Positions 29,583 through 37,307 of a DNA stretch of 64,000 nt are shown here, piece by piece. How positions within the stretch are numbered: position 1 is the first letter of the stretch; each line of letters starts with the position of its first letter. The translations under genes and the position numbers were made by a program. Source of the DNA: an uncultured Cetobacterium sp. (lineage in GTDB: Bacteria > Fusobacteriota > Fusobacteriia > Fusobacteriales > Fusobacteriaceae); assembly GCF_945952365.1 (NCBI RefSeq), contig NZ_CAMFHX010000005.1:6832-70831 (forward strand), read 5' to 3'. The notes under the pieces were generated by a model. That model made no database searches. It was not told the origin of the DNA and was given only the letters and a program-made list of their open reading frames with translations.

Positions 29583-30680
29583 TTAATAAGCCAGTAGTGT
29601 TCTACCAACTTCACGAATATTTATACTTGCATTTAGGTCTCTATCCATACTATGACCACATTCACAGTTATATACTCTATCTCCTAAAGAAAGCGAGTCT
29701 TTTATGTTTCCACAAGAAGAACAAGTTTTTGACGATGGAAACCACTTATCTATTTTTATTACTTGTTTACCTAAAAACATAGCCTTGTACTGAAGCATGA
29801 CTGTGAATAATCCCCAAGAGTTATCAGCGACAGATTTACCAAAGTTTAATGCCTGACTCATACCTTTCATGTGCAGGTCCTCAATGATAATCGCATTATA
29901 CTTTGTAACTAATTCTCTTGATAACTTGTGGAGAAAGTCTTTTCTACTGTTTTTAATAGATTGATGGATTTTAGCAACTTTCAATTTAGCTTTATACCAA
30001 TTACTTGAAAATTTAACTTTTCTTGACAGCTCTCTTCCAGCTTTAGCTAATTTAGTTTCTAATTTTCTAAAAAATCTAGGATAATCAGCTCTTTGGTTAT
30101 CAGAGCTAACGAATAATTCAGACATAGAAAAATCAAGTCCAACGATATTGTTATCGCTAGGTACTTCTTTTATATCTCTTTGAAATTCAGTAAGAATAGA
30201 AACGTAAAAAGCCCCATTAGGTTCTTGGCTAATGGTAGCAGATTTAATTTTATAATTTTGAGGTATATTTCTATGAAGTTTAGCTTTAACTAATCCCAAT
30301 TTAGGAAGCTTTAAGAAAGTACTCTCTATTCTAATAGAGTTATTAACACTATTTGTAGAATAAGATTTTCTAGCTGTTTTTTTAGATTTAAACTTAGGAA
30401 AAGCTGTTCTTTTCTGAAAAAAATTAGTGAATGCAGTTTTTACATTCATTTGAGCATTGGCTAAAGCTAGACTATCAATTTCTTTCAAAAATGGAAATTC
30501 AGATTTAAGAGAAGCAGGAGTAATAATTTTATTTTTACCCTCCAATTCATAAATCTCTTTAGCTTTACCCAAAATCTTATTATATACAAACCTAACACAA
30601 CCAAAAGTTTGTAAAATCAAATTCGATTGAACTTCATTTGGGTATATTCTAAATCTAAAAGCTAAATTATATGTCTTCAT
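29583..30680 (-). CDS. tnpB: TnpB (OrfB) RNA-guided nuclease / IS605-family transposase accessory protein
   Basis: N-terminal RFRIYPNEVQSNLILQTFGCVRFVYNKIL OrfB_IS605 motif. RuvC-like core. C-terminal zinc finger CSSCGN...CECGHSMDRDLNASINI. Confidence 0.85.
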   Translation of the reverse strand: MKTYNLAFRFRIYPNEVQSNLILQTFGCVRFVYNKILGKAKEIYELEGKNKIITPASLKSEFPFLKEIDSLALANAQMNVKTAFTNFFQKRTAFPKFKSKKTARKSYSTNSVNNSIRIESTFLKLPKLGLVKAKLHRNIPQNYKIKSATISQEPNGAFYVSILTEFQRDIKEVPSDNNIVGLDFSMSELFVSSDNQRADYPRFFRKLETKLAKAGRELSRKVKFSSNWYKAKLKVAKIHQSIKNSRKDFLHKLSRELVTKYNAIIIEDLHMKGMSQALNFGKSVADNSWGLFTVMLQYKAMFLGKQVIKIDKWFPSSKTCSSCGNIKDSLSLGDRVYNCECGHSMDRDLNASINIREVGRTLLAY

Positions 30681-30765
30681 AGTTTTACACCTCCATTTTT
30701 ATAGATTATCCCAATATTATAAAGGACTTTACACTAAAAATCAACAAAAAAAGAAAGGCAATTCA

Positions 30766-30790
30766 TCTCACCACCTAAAGAGGTGGGAGA
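30766..30790. repeat. IS left-end subterminal hairpin
   Basis: TCTCACCACCT-aaag-AGGTGGGAGA, imperfect (one bulge). Shares a GTGGGAG core with the right-end hairpin. Confidence 0.45.
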
Positions 30791-30957
30791 ATTCTTGCCC
30801 AAACACTGTTAAAATCCCCATACACATCATGAAAATGTACATCCGATACAAATGCAACTTTATGTTGCTCCTGAGCATTTACCATTGCCGCTCCCATCAC
30901 TGCTAATAATCCAATTAAACTTTTCTTTACACTAAACATTTTTCTCCCTTTTCCCAT
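30775..30957 (-). pseudogene. Truncated ORF: signal peptide plus start of a mature domain (KVAFVSDVHFHD, metallophosphoesterase-like) that runs into the IS left-end hairpin and stops
   Basis: 60-aa ORF with a Lys-rich N-region and hydrophobic core. Its last codons (ILPPL*) are encoded by the IS end hairpin. Confidence 0.35.
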
Positions 30958-31075
30958 TTATTGTTATATTTAATTAGATTATACACCAACGATGTTAAAA
31001 TTATCTTTATTCCATGCAAAAAACAAGTTAATTTATATAAATATTTTTTGTATTAAAAATATATTTGTTTTCTAT

Positions 31076-31104
31076 TTTGACAATCCTAATTTTAAAGAGT
31101 ATAC
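31076..31104 (+). promoter_or_regulatory. Sigma70-type promoter for the nfeD-SPFH operon
   Basis: TTGACA, 17 bp, TATACT. RBS AAAGGAG 6 nt before the ATG at 31137. Confidence 0.5.
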
Positions 31105-31136
31105 TCTTAGTGAAATACATTTAGAAAGGAGTCGTT

Positions 31137-31544
31137 ATGCTAATATGGTTTATTGCTGGCTTAGTGCTTTTAGGAGTTGAACTTTTAACTTTTGGACTTA
31201 TTTCAATCTGGTTTGCTCTTGGAGCTTTTTTAACAATGCCATTTTATAATTTAGCTTTAGAGCATCAATTTTATATTTTTGTGGGTACATCACTTCTTTC
31301 TTTAATCTTGGTTAGAAAAATTGCTTTAAAATATTTCAAAACCAATTCAAAAGAATTAAACCGTATCACAGAAAAAGAAGTAACTATCGAAGATATTACT
31401 TTAAAAGGAAACCAAACCTTTTACACAGTTTATCTAGATGGAAAAATTTGGGAAGCAATATCTTCAGATGATTTTAAAATTGGAGAGAATGCTATTGTTC
31501 AAAAGATTGTCGGAAACAAACTATTTTTAATTAAAAAATTATAG
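31137..31544 (+). CDS. NfeD-family membrane protein (short form, stomatin partner)
   Basis: Two N-terminal TM helices plus C-terminal OB-fold-like soluble part. Immediately upstream of an SPFH gene. Confidence 0.7.
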   Translation: MLIWFIAGLVLLGVELLTFGLISIWFALGAFLTMPFYNLALEHQFYIFVGTSLLSLILVRKIALKYFKTNSKELNRITEKEVTIEDITLKGNQTFYTVYLDGKIWEAISSDDFKIGENAIVQKIVGNKLFLIKKL

Positions 31545-31561
31545 ATTTTAGGGAGGGTTTT

Positions 31562-32440
31562 ATGTTGTTTATATTTATTTTAATCTTTATTGCGATATTT
31601 CTAATAGGAACACACGTTAGAATTGTTGCTCAATCTCAGGCTTTCGTCATTGAAAGACTTGGAGCTTACCTTACTACTTGGGACGTTGGTCTTAATGTAT
31701 TGATACCTTTTATTGATAGAGTAGCTAAAAGGGTATCTTTAAAAGAGCAAGTTATTGATTTCCCACCACAACCAGTTATAACAAAAGATAATGTTACTAT
31801 GCAAATTGATTCAGTTGTATATTTCCAAATAACTGATCCTAAGTTATATACTTACGGTGTTGAAAATCCATTGAATGCTATTGAGAATTTAACTGCAACA
31901 ACTCTTAGAAATATCATCGGAGAGATGGAACTTGATGCTACTCTTACATCAAGAGATACTATTAATACTAAGATGAGAGCTATTTTAGATGAAGCTACAG
32001 ATCCTTGGGGAATAAAAATTAATAGAGTTGAACTTAAAAATATCATTCCTCCAGCTGAGATTCAAGACGCTATGGAAAAGCAGATGAAAGCTGAAAGAGA
32101 GAGAAGAGAATCTATTCTTAGAGCTGAGGGACAAAAAACTGCGGCTATCCTTGTTGCTGAAGGAGAAAAAGAATCTACAATTTTAAGAGCAGAAGCTAAA
32201 AAAGAAGCTGCTATTAGAGAAGCGGAAGGAGAAGCGGAAGCTATTTTAAGTATTCAAAAAGCTCAAGCTGAAGCTATCAGACTTATAAAAGAAGCTGCAC
32301 CTGATAAGAGTGTTCTAACTCTTAAAGGAATGGAAGCTTTTGAAAAGGTTGCAAATGGTCAAGCTACAAAAATTATAATTCCTAGTGAATTACAAAGCAT
32401 CGTAACTTTAAGTGAGTTATTCCACGAAGCTAAAAAGTAA
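31562..32440 (+). CDS. SPFH/band-7 (stomatin-like) protein
   Basis: Single N-terminal TM, SPFH core, C-terminal Ala/Glu-rich coiled coil (AEAKKEAAIREAEGEAEA). Confidence 0.85.
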   Translation: MLFIFILIFIAIFLIGTHVRIVAQSQAFVIERLGAYLTTWDVGLNVLIPFIDRVAKRVSLKEQVIDFPPQPVITKDNVTMQIDSVVYFQITDPKLYTYGVENPLNAIENLTATTLRNIIGEMELDATLTSRDTINTKMRAILDEATDPWGIKINRVELKNIIPPAEIQDAMEKQMKAERERRESILRAEGQKTAAILVAEGEKESTILRAEAKKEAAIREAEGEAEAILSIQKAQAEAIRLIKEAAPDKSVLTLKGMEAFEKVANGQATKIIIPSELQSIVTLSELFHEAKK

Positions 32441-32544
32441 AAATTGAATATAGATTCAATTTTTACTTGACTTATAGAGTTTTTTGAATTATAATTCAAG
32501 GAGTAAGAAATTTTTTAACTTTTTCCAACAATCAAATAAATATG

Positions 32545-32578
32545 AAAAAAGCTCTTTTTTATCAGAGCTTTTTTTTAT
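32545..32578 (+). terminator. Rho-independent terminator after the SPFH gene
   Basis: AAAAGCTCT-tttttatc-AGAGCTTTT followed by a T-run. Confidence 0.5.
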
Positions 32579-32656
32579 ATAAAAAAATCACATATCTTTT
32601 TAACTTATCTAAATAAAACTTTAAATAAATTAAAACTATATGTGATTTAAAATAAA

Positions 32657-32743
32657 TGGTGCCTGAGGGGGGACTCGAACCCCCAAGGTGTTAGCACCGG
32701 CGGATTTTGAGTCCGCTACGTCTACCAATTCCGTCACTCAGGC
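32657..32743 (-). tRNA. tRNA-Leu (anticodon CAA), class II with long variable arm; CCA encoded
   Basis: 7-bp acceptor stem GCCTGAG/CTCAGGC. Anticodon loop CU-CAA-AA. Long variable arm. T-loop GGTTCGAGTCC. 3' CCA. Confidence 0.9.
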
Positions 32744-32754
32744 TTTACAAATTC

Positions 32755-32783
32755 ATTCTATACCAATTAGAGAGCTTTGTCAA
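32755..32783 (-). promoter_or_regulatory. Sigma70-type promoter driving tRNA-Leu
   Basis: Minus strand: TTGACA, 17 bp, TAGAAT, about 11 nt before the tRNA 5' end. Confidence 0.5.
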
Positions 32784-32804
32784 CACATTTTCTTTAAAAA
32801 AACC

Positions 32805-32837
32805 AAAAAAAGCCACCAAATTTTAGAATTTGATGGC
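32805..32837 (-). terminator. Terminator of the lipoprotein gene (minus strand)
   Basis: 11-bp stem GCCACCAAATT/AATTTGATGGC (one G-U pair), followed on the minus strand by T7. Confidence 0.45.
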
Positions 32838-32844
32838 CTGTTTT

Positions 32845-33291
32845 CTATTTTTTTGTAGGTTTTAAAGTCGATTCTAAAGTTTTAAACGAAAACTCTAAAT
32901 CCTCTGGTGACCCACCTGTATTTAGCATAATGTTATTTTTATAATTTGCCGATAAAATAAAAGCATAATTTTTTATTGAAGGATTTGCAAATACTAAGAT
33001 TCCATTTCCAAAATCACACTCTGCTGGAACTAAATCAAACCCCTTCTCTTCCAAAAGATTTATTGAATTAGCTATTGCAGTATTAAGCTCTCCATAACTT
33101 TTATACTCTACAACCTCTGTATGAGCATTTGCTTTCTTAAAGTTAAACCCAACTTTTTCTGTTGCATATTCCAATTTATATCCATTTTTCTCCATCTTTT
33201 GTTTTAATGTTGGAAAATTATAGTTATCTCCACTTGCAAATGCACTTAAAGATAGTGTTAGAGAGAATAAAAATAAAAATATTTTCTTCAT
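32845..33291 (-). CDS. Hypothetical lipoprotein or secreted protein (148 aa)
   Basis: N-terminal signal peptide (MKKIFLFLFSLTLSLSAFASG). Confidence 0.45.
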   Translation of the reverse strand: MKKIFLFLFSLTLSLSAFASGDNYNFPTLKQKMEKNGYKLEYATEKVGFNFKKANAHTEVVEYKSYGELNTAIANSINLLEEKGFDLVPAECDFGNGILVFANPSIKNYAFILSANYKNNIMLNTGGSPEDLEFSFKTLESTLKPTKK

Positions 33292-33309
33292 AAACGTCCT
33301 CCTAGAATC

Positions 33310-33555
33310 TTAATAGTTGTATCTTCTTCTATAATAGTTCTTTTGTCTTTCATGACCTATAGCCGATCCTGCTAAAGCACCTATCCCTGCTCCTATCAAT
33401 GTACTTGTTGTGTCTCTACCTATAAGCTGTCCAGCAATAGCTCCAACAGCTGCTCCACCTACTGCATTTCTTCGAACATAAGGTGTATTATAAGAAGCAG
33501 AACATCCAACTAAAATAGAGATTAAAACTGAAAGAAAAACCAATCTTTTTAGCAT
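33310..33555 (-). CDS. Glycine-zipper (YMGG/17-kDa-antigen-like) small lipoprotein
   Basis: Signal peptide with lipobox LVGCSAS. Gly-zipper GAAVGAIAGQLIG...GAGIGALAGSAIG. Confidence 0.5.
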   Translation of the reverse strand: MLKRLVFLSVLISILVGCSASYNTPYVRRNAVGGAAVGAIAGQLIGRDTTSTLIGAGIGALAGSAIGHERQKNYYRRRYNY

Positions 33556-33660
33556 AAAAACCTCCTCTAATAAAAAATAATAAAGCTTAAAATATCTTAC
33601 GAAATTGAAGGAAGAGTTCCTTCTAAAAAACTAACTCTAATTTGCTTAAGAAAAAAATTC

Positions 33661-33689
33661 TTGACTTTTTAATCTTTTAATACTATGAT
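33661..33689 (+). promoter_or_regulatory. Sigma70-type promoter upstream of the leader peptide and ABC transporter
   Basis: TTGACT, 17 bp, TATGAT. Confidence 0.5.
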
Positions 33690-33718
33690 TAATGAATAAA
33701 AAAACTTAGGAGGAAAAT

Positions 33719-33772
33719 ATGTCACAACTGTTCGTTAATTTAAACACATTACATCATCATCATAGATATTAG
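33719..33772 (+). CDS. 17-codon leader peptide MSQLFVNLNTLHHHHRY with four consecutive His codons (not in the supplied ORF track)
   Basis: RBS AGGAGG 6-7 nt upstream of the ATG. CAT x4 at 33752-33763. Followed by alternative hairpins and a terminator. Confidence 0.45.
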   Translation: MSQLFVNLNTLHHHHRY

Positions 33773-33875
33773 AGTTTGTTACTATGAATTTTCGTAGATA
33801 CAGGCTCTTGTTGTTTTGACTTGAGTCTGTATCTATGGTGTGTGAATAACGAAGAAAGTAAACATATTTTCTTGA

Positions 33876-33913
33876 AGCCATCTAGATACGTCTAGGTGGC
33901 TTTTTTGTTTTTG
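33876..33913 (+). terminator. Attenuator terminator: 11-bp stem AGCCATCTAGA/TCTAGGTGGCT followed by TTTTTTGTTTTTG, 24 nt before the transporter RBS
   Basis: Stem plus U-tract read directly. The upstream hairpin 33795-33835 and the segment 33827-33838 can pair alternatively with the terminator left arm. Confidence 0.5.
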
Positions 33914-33936
33914 TGAATTTATACGGAGGTTATATT

Positions 33937-34698
33937 ATGAAAAAACTATTTAAACTTTTATTTTTAACACTTACTATTTTTACTACAACTTTCTCGAAAG
34001 AAAACTCTTTAGAGAAGATACAAAAAAAAGGCGAAATTATTATTGGTCTTGATGATACCTTCGCACCTATGGGATTTAAAGATGAAAATGGAAACATCAT
34101 TGGATTTGATATTGATTTAGCTAACGAGGTTGCTAAAAGAATTGGAGTTAAGGCTACATTTAAGCCAAGTGAATGGGATGGAATTGTCTTTGCTTTAAGA
34201 AGTAAAAAAATCGATTTAGTTTGGAACGGGATGACAATAACCCCCGCTAGAGAAAAGCAGATTCTTTTCTCTGAACCTTATTTCAATGATGACCAAATAG
34301 TTATTGTAAAAAATAGCTCTATTCAAACTTTAAACGACTTACAATCTAAAAATATTGGTGTTCAAATGGGAAGTACATCACACTTCGCTTTTGAAGCTTC
34401 AAAATATTCAAAAGATGCTAAAGAGATAAAAAAATACTCTACAAATGTAGAAGCACTTTTAGATTTAGAAGCTGGTAGAACAGATGCAGTTATTATGGAT
34501 GCGGTTGTTGGAAGATACTATATAGCTAAAAAAGATGGGTTCACTGTTTTAAATGAAGCAATCGCTAGAGATAAAATGGCAGTCGGTCTTAGAAAAGAGG
34601 ATATCTCTTTAAAAAATGAGATTGATAAAACTTTAAATGATATGAGAGCTGACGGAACATTTAAAGATATATACACAAAATGGTTTGGAGATAAATAA
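33937..34698 (+). CDS. Polar amino-acid ABC transporter substrate-binding protein (family 3). True start is probably the ATG at 33937 after the GGAGG RBS.
   Basis: Signal peptide, then the SBP_bac_3 pattern (IIGLDDTFAPMGF, EWDG, VWNGMTIT). Confidence 0.85.
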   Translation: MKKLFKLLFLTLTIFTTTFSKENSLEKIQKKGEIIIGLDDTFAPMGFKDENGNIIGFDIDLANEVAKRIGVKATFKPSEWDGIVFALRSKKIDLVWNGMTITPAREKQILFSEPYFNDDQIVIVKNSSIQTLNDLQSKNIGVQMGSTSHFAFEASKYSKDAKEIKKYSTNVEALLDLEAGRTDAVIMDAVVGRYYIAKKDGFTVLNEAIARDKMAVGLRKEDISLKNEIDKTLNDMRADGTFKDIYTKWFGDK

Positions 34699-35324
34699 TG
34701 GAAAATAACTTAATATATATACTAAAAGGTTTAAACCTTACATTAAAACTTTACTTTTTCACACTGATTTTTGCACTTCCTTTCGGTATTCTATTATCAC
34801 TTGGAAGAGTTTCAAAATCAAAACTACTAAACAATAGTATCCAAATATACACTTGGATTTTTAGAGGAACTCCTCTTTTACTACAGCTTTTCTTTGTTTA
34901 TTATGGTCTACCTGTAGTTGGTATAACTCTTGAACCATTTAATGCAGCTTTAATAACTTTTGTCATCAACTACTCTGCTTATACATGTGAGATTTTCAGA
35001 GGAAGTATTCTTGGAATAAACAAAGGGCAGTATGAAGCTGCCACAGTTTTAGGATATAACTATTGGCAAACTATGTTTAAAGTTATTCTTCCTCAAAGCT
35101 TAGTTACAGCTCTTCCATCTTTATCAAATGAAGCTATATCTCTTGTGAAAGATACATCTTTAATCTCGGCTATAGGTATGGCAGAGATTCTGAGAAACTC
35201 TAAAGAGATTGTAACTAGAGAGTTCAATATAACTCCTTTTATTCTTTGTGCAGGAGTTTACTTAACGCTTTCAACAATTATAATTTTTATATTAAAAAAT
35301 ATTGAAAAAAAGGTGAATGTATAA
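34698..35324 (+). CDS. Amino-acid ABC transporter permease (HisM/GlnP-like)
   Basis: Five TM segments. EAA-like loop EAATVLGYNYWQTMFKVILPQ. Confidence 0.85.
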   Translation: MENNLIYILKGLNLTLKLYFFTLIFALPFGILLSLGRVSKSKLLNNSIQIYTWIFRGTPLLLQLFFVYYGLPVVGITLEPFNAALITFVINYSAYTCEIFRGSILGINKGQYEAATVLGYNYWQTMFKVILPQSLVTALPSLSNEAISLVKDTSLISAIGMAEILRNSKEIVTREFNITPFILCAGVYLTLSTIIIFILKNIEKKVNV

Positions 35325-35917
35325 TGGGTATTAAAGTAAAAAATTTAAATAAAACTTTTGGAGATAGTGTTGTTTTTAAAAATTTAAATCTAGAGATTGA
35401 AAAAGGGGAGATTGTATCTATAATAGGTCCTTCAGGTCGTGGAAAATCAACTTTTTTAAGATGTGTAATAGGTTTAGAAACTTATGATTCTGGTGAAATC
35501 ATTTGCAATAGAAAAAAAATGGGAATGGTTTTCCAAAACTTCAATCTTTTTCAAAATAAAACAGTTTTAGAAAATATTGTTGAACCTTTAATCTTAGTTG
35601 ATAAATTAGATAAAACTACTGCTAAAGACAGAGCCATATCTCTTCTACAAAAAGTTGGATTAGAGGATAAAAAAAATTCATATCCTAAATATCTTTCTGG
35701 TGGCCAACAACAAAGGGTTGCTATAGCAAGAGCTCTTGCTAAAGAACCTGAAGTTCTACTCTTTGATGAACCTACATCAGCTCTTGATCCTTTCATGACA
35801 AATGAGGTTCTTAAGGTTATAGAGGAGTTAAAAAATAGTAGCGATATCACAATGGTTATTGTGAGCCACGAGATGGATTTTGTAAAAAAAATCTCTACTA
35901 GGATAATTGAATTTTAA
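35324..35917 (+). CDS. Amino-acid ABC transporter ATP-binding protein (short, 197 aa)
   Basis: Walker A GPSGRGKST, signature LSGGQQQRVAIARAL, Walker B LLFDEPTSALD. Confidence 0.85.
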   Translation: MGIKVKNLNKTFGDSVVFKNLNLEIEKGEIVSIIGPSGRGKSTFLRCVIGLETYDSGEIICNRKKMGMVFQNFNLFQNKTVLENIVEPLILVDKLDKTTAKDRAISLLQKVGLEDKKNSYPKYLSGGQQQRVAIARALAKEPEVLLFDEPTSALDPFMTNEVLKVIEELKNSSDITMVIVSHEMDFVKKISTRIIEF

Positions 35918-36030
35918 TATTCAACTTATATTTTGAAAAAGTTTTTTCATAAAATAAGAAAAAAGAATTTACTTTTTATATTTAATGTGATAAAATTAAC
36001 AAGAATAATATAGATAGGAGATTAAATTTT

Positions 36031-37242
36031 ATGAAAAAACTTAGTAGTAGTACAGCAATAATTATTTCTATGATATTAGGTATAATATCTGGAATTTTCT
36101 TACAGGAAAAAGCAGTTATCTTTGCACCTTTGGGAGATCTTTTTTTAAAACTAATTACAATGCTAATAGTTCCGTTAGTATTTTTCAATATCATTCTTGG
36201 AGCTATGTCTCTTGGAAAAACAAAATCAGCAGGAAAAGTTGGTTTCTTAACTTTAAGTTATTATTTGGTAACATCATGTATTGCAGTAGTTATTGGAATA
36301 GGTGCTGGATATATCTTTAATCCTGGAGTTGGAATAGTAGTTCCTGCATCACTATTAGCAAAAGATGGAGCTTTCGCAGCTGCAACAACAAACCCTGGAT
36401 TCTGGAGCACAATTTTAAGTATGATTCCAGATAATCCATTTAAATCATTGATTGAGGGAAATATTCTTCAAATTATATTCTTCTCTCTTTTCTTTGGAAT
36501 CTGTATGTCTAAACTACCTGATGAAAAACAAAAACCAGTTGTCGATATTTTAGAAACGATAAATGATACTTTAATAAAAATGGTTGAGAAAATACTTTTA
36601 GTTGCACCGATAGGAGTTTTTGGTTTAATGGCCAACTCGATAGCACTATTTGGAATAGAAATTTTAGTGTTAGTTACAAAACTATTCTTAGTGTTCTCAT
36701 TGGCACTAGCTTTAATTCATTTTGGAATGTTACCAGGACTTGTAAAATTATTTACGGGTATCTCTCCAATAAAGTTTATTAAAAAAACAGCCCCAGCTCA
36801 GATTTTAGCTTTCTCTACAGCTTCATCTATGGCTGCTTTACCTGTAAACACAGAATGTTGTAAACAACTTGGAGTTAAAAACTCTACGGCTTCATTTATT
36901 TTACCTCTTGGAGCTACTGTTAATATGAATGGAAACTCAATGCTATATGGACTTCTTGCTATGTTCTTTGCTCAGATGTTCAATATAGAATTAGGACCCG
37001 TTCAATACATTGGAATAGTTTTAACATCTGTTCTTGGAGCAGTTGGAACTGCTGGAGTTCCTGGACCATCACTTCTTGTTGTAGCTGTTCTAGCTACTGC
37101 TGGAATCCCAGTTGTCGCTTTACCATTAGTTTTTGGAATCGATAGAATTATGGATATGATGAGAACATCTACAAACATCTTAGGAGATGCTTCTTGTGCA
37201 GTTATTATGGAAAATATTTTATCTAAGGATGAAAATCAGTAA
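36031..37242 (+). CDS. Dicarboxylate/amino-acid:cation symporter (DAACS, GltP/SstT-like)
   Basis: About 400-aa polytopic protein with DAACS motifs (GAMSLGK, PLGATVNMNG, GIPVVALPLVFGIDRIMDMMRT). Confidence 0.8.
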   Translation: MKKLSSSTAIIISMILGIISGIFLQEKAVIFAPLGDLFLKLITMLIVPLVFFNIILGAMSLGKTKSAGKVGFLTLSYYLVTSCIAVVIGIGAGYIFNPGVGIVVPASLLAKDGAFAAATTNPGFWSTILSMIPDNPFKSLIEGNILQIIFFSLFFGICMSKLPDEKQKPVVDILETINDTLIKMVEKILLVAPIGVFGLMANSIALFGIEILVLVTKLFLVFSLALALIHFGMLPGLVKLFTGISPIKFIKKTAPAQILAFSTASSMAALPVNTECCKQLGVKNSTASFILPLGATVNMNGNSMLYGLLAMFFAQMFNIELGPVQYIGIVLTSVLGAVGTAGVPGPSLLVVAVLATAGIPVVALPLVFGIDRIMDMMRTSTNILGDASCAVIMENILSKDENQ

Positions 37243-37270
37243 TAAAAAGAAAAATTATTAAAATTTGAAA

Positions 37271-37306
37271 AGGGTAGGCTTTAGAAATTTAAAGCTTACC
37301 CTTTTT
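37271..37306. terminator. Bidirectional rho-independent terminator between the DAACS gene (+) and kamE (-)
   Basis: AAGGGTAGGCTTT-agaaat-TTAAAGCTTACCCTT with flanking T/A runs. Confidence 0.55.
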
Positions 37307-37307
37307 T

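Larger units (their letters stand above)
29476..30795 (-). mobile_element. IS200/IS605-family TnpB-only (IS1341-like, non-autonomous) insertion sequence, about 1.3 kb
   Basis: tnpB ORF flanked by related subterminal hairpins (LE 30766-30790, RE 29487-29508). No terminal inverted repeats. No tnpA. Confidence 0.7.

Noticed and set aside
30992-31180. 62-aa plus-strand ORF overlapping the nfeD promoter and start
   Set aside because: It overlaps a consensus promoter and RBS for the downstream nfeD gene in another frame. It has low-complexity translation and no RBS of its own.
33719-33912. Possibility that the regulatory leader upstream of the ABC transporter is a T-box riboswitch
   Set aside because: The conserved T-box sequence (AGGGUGGNACCGCG-like) and specifier-loop architecture are not present. 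A translated His-codon leader with a terminator fits better.
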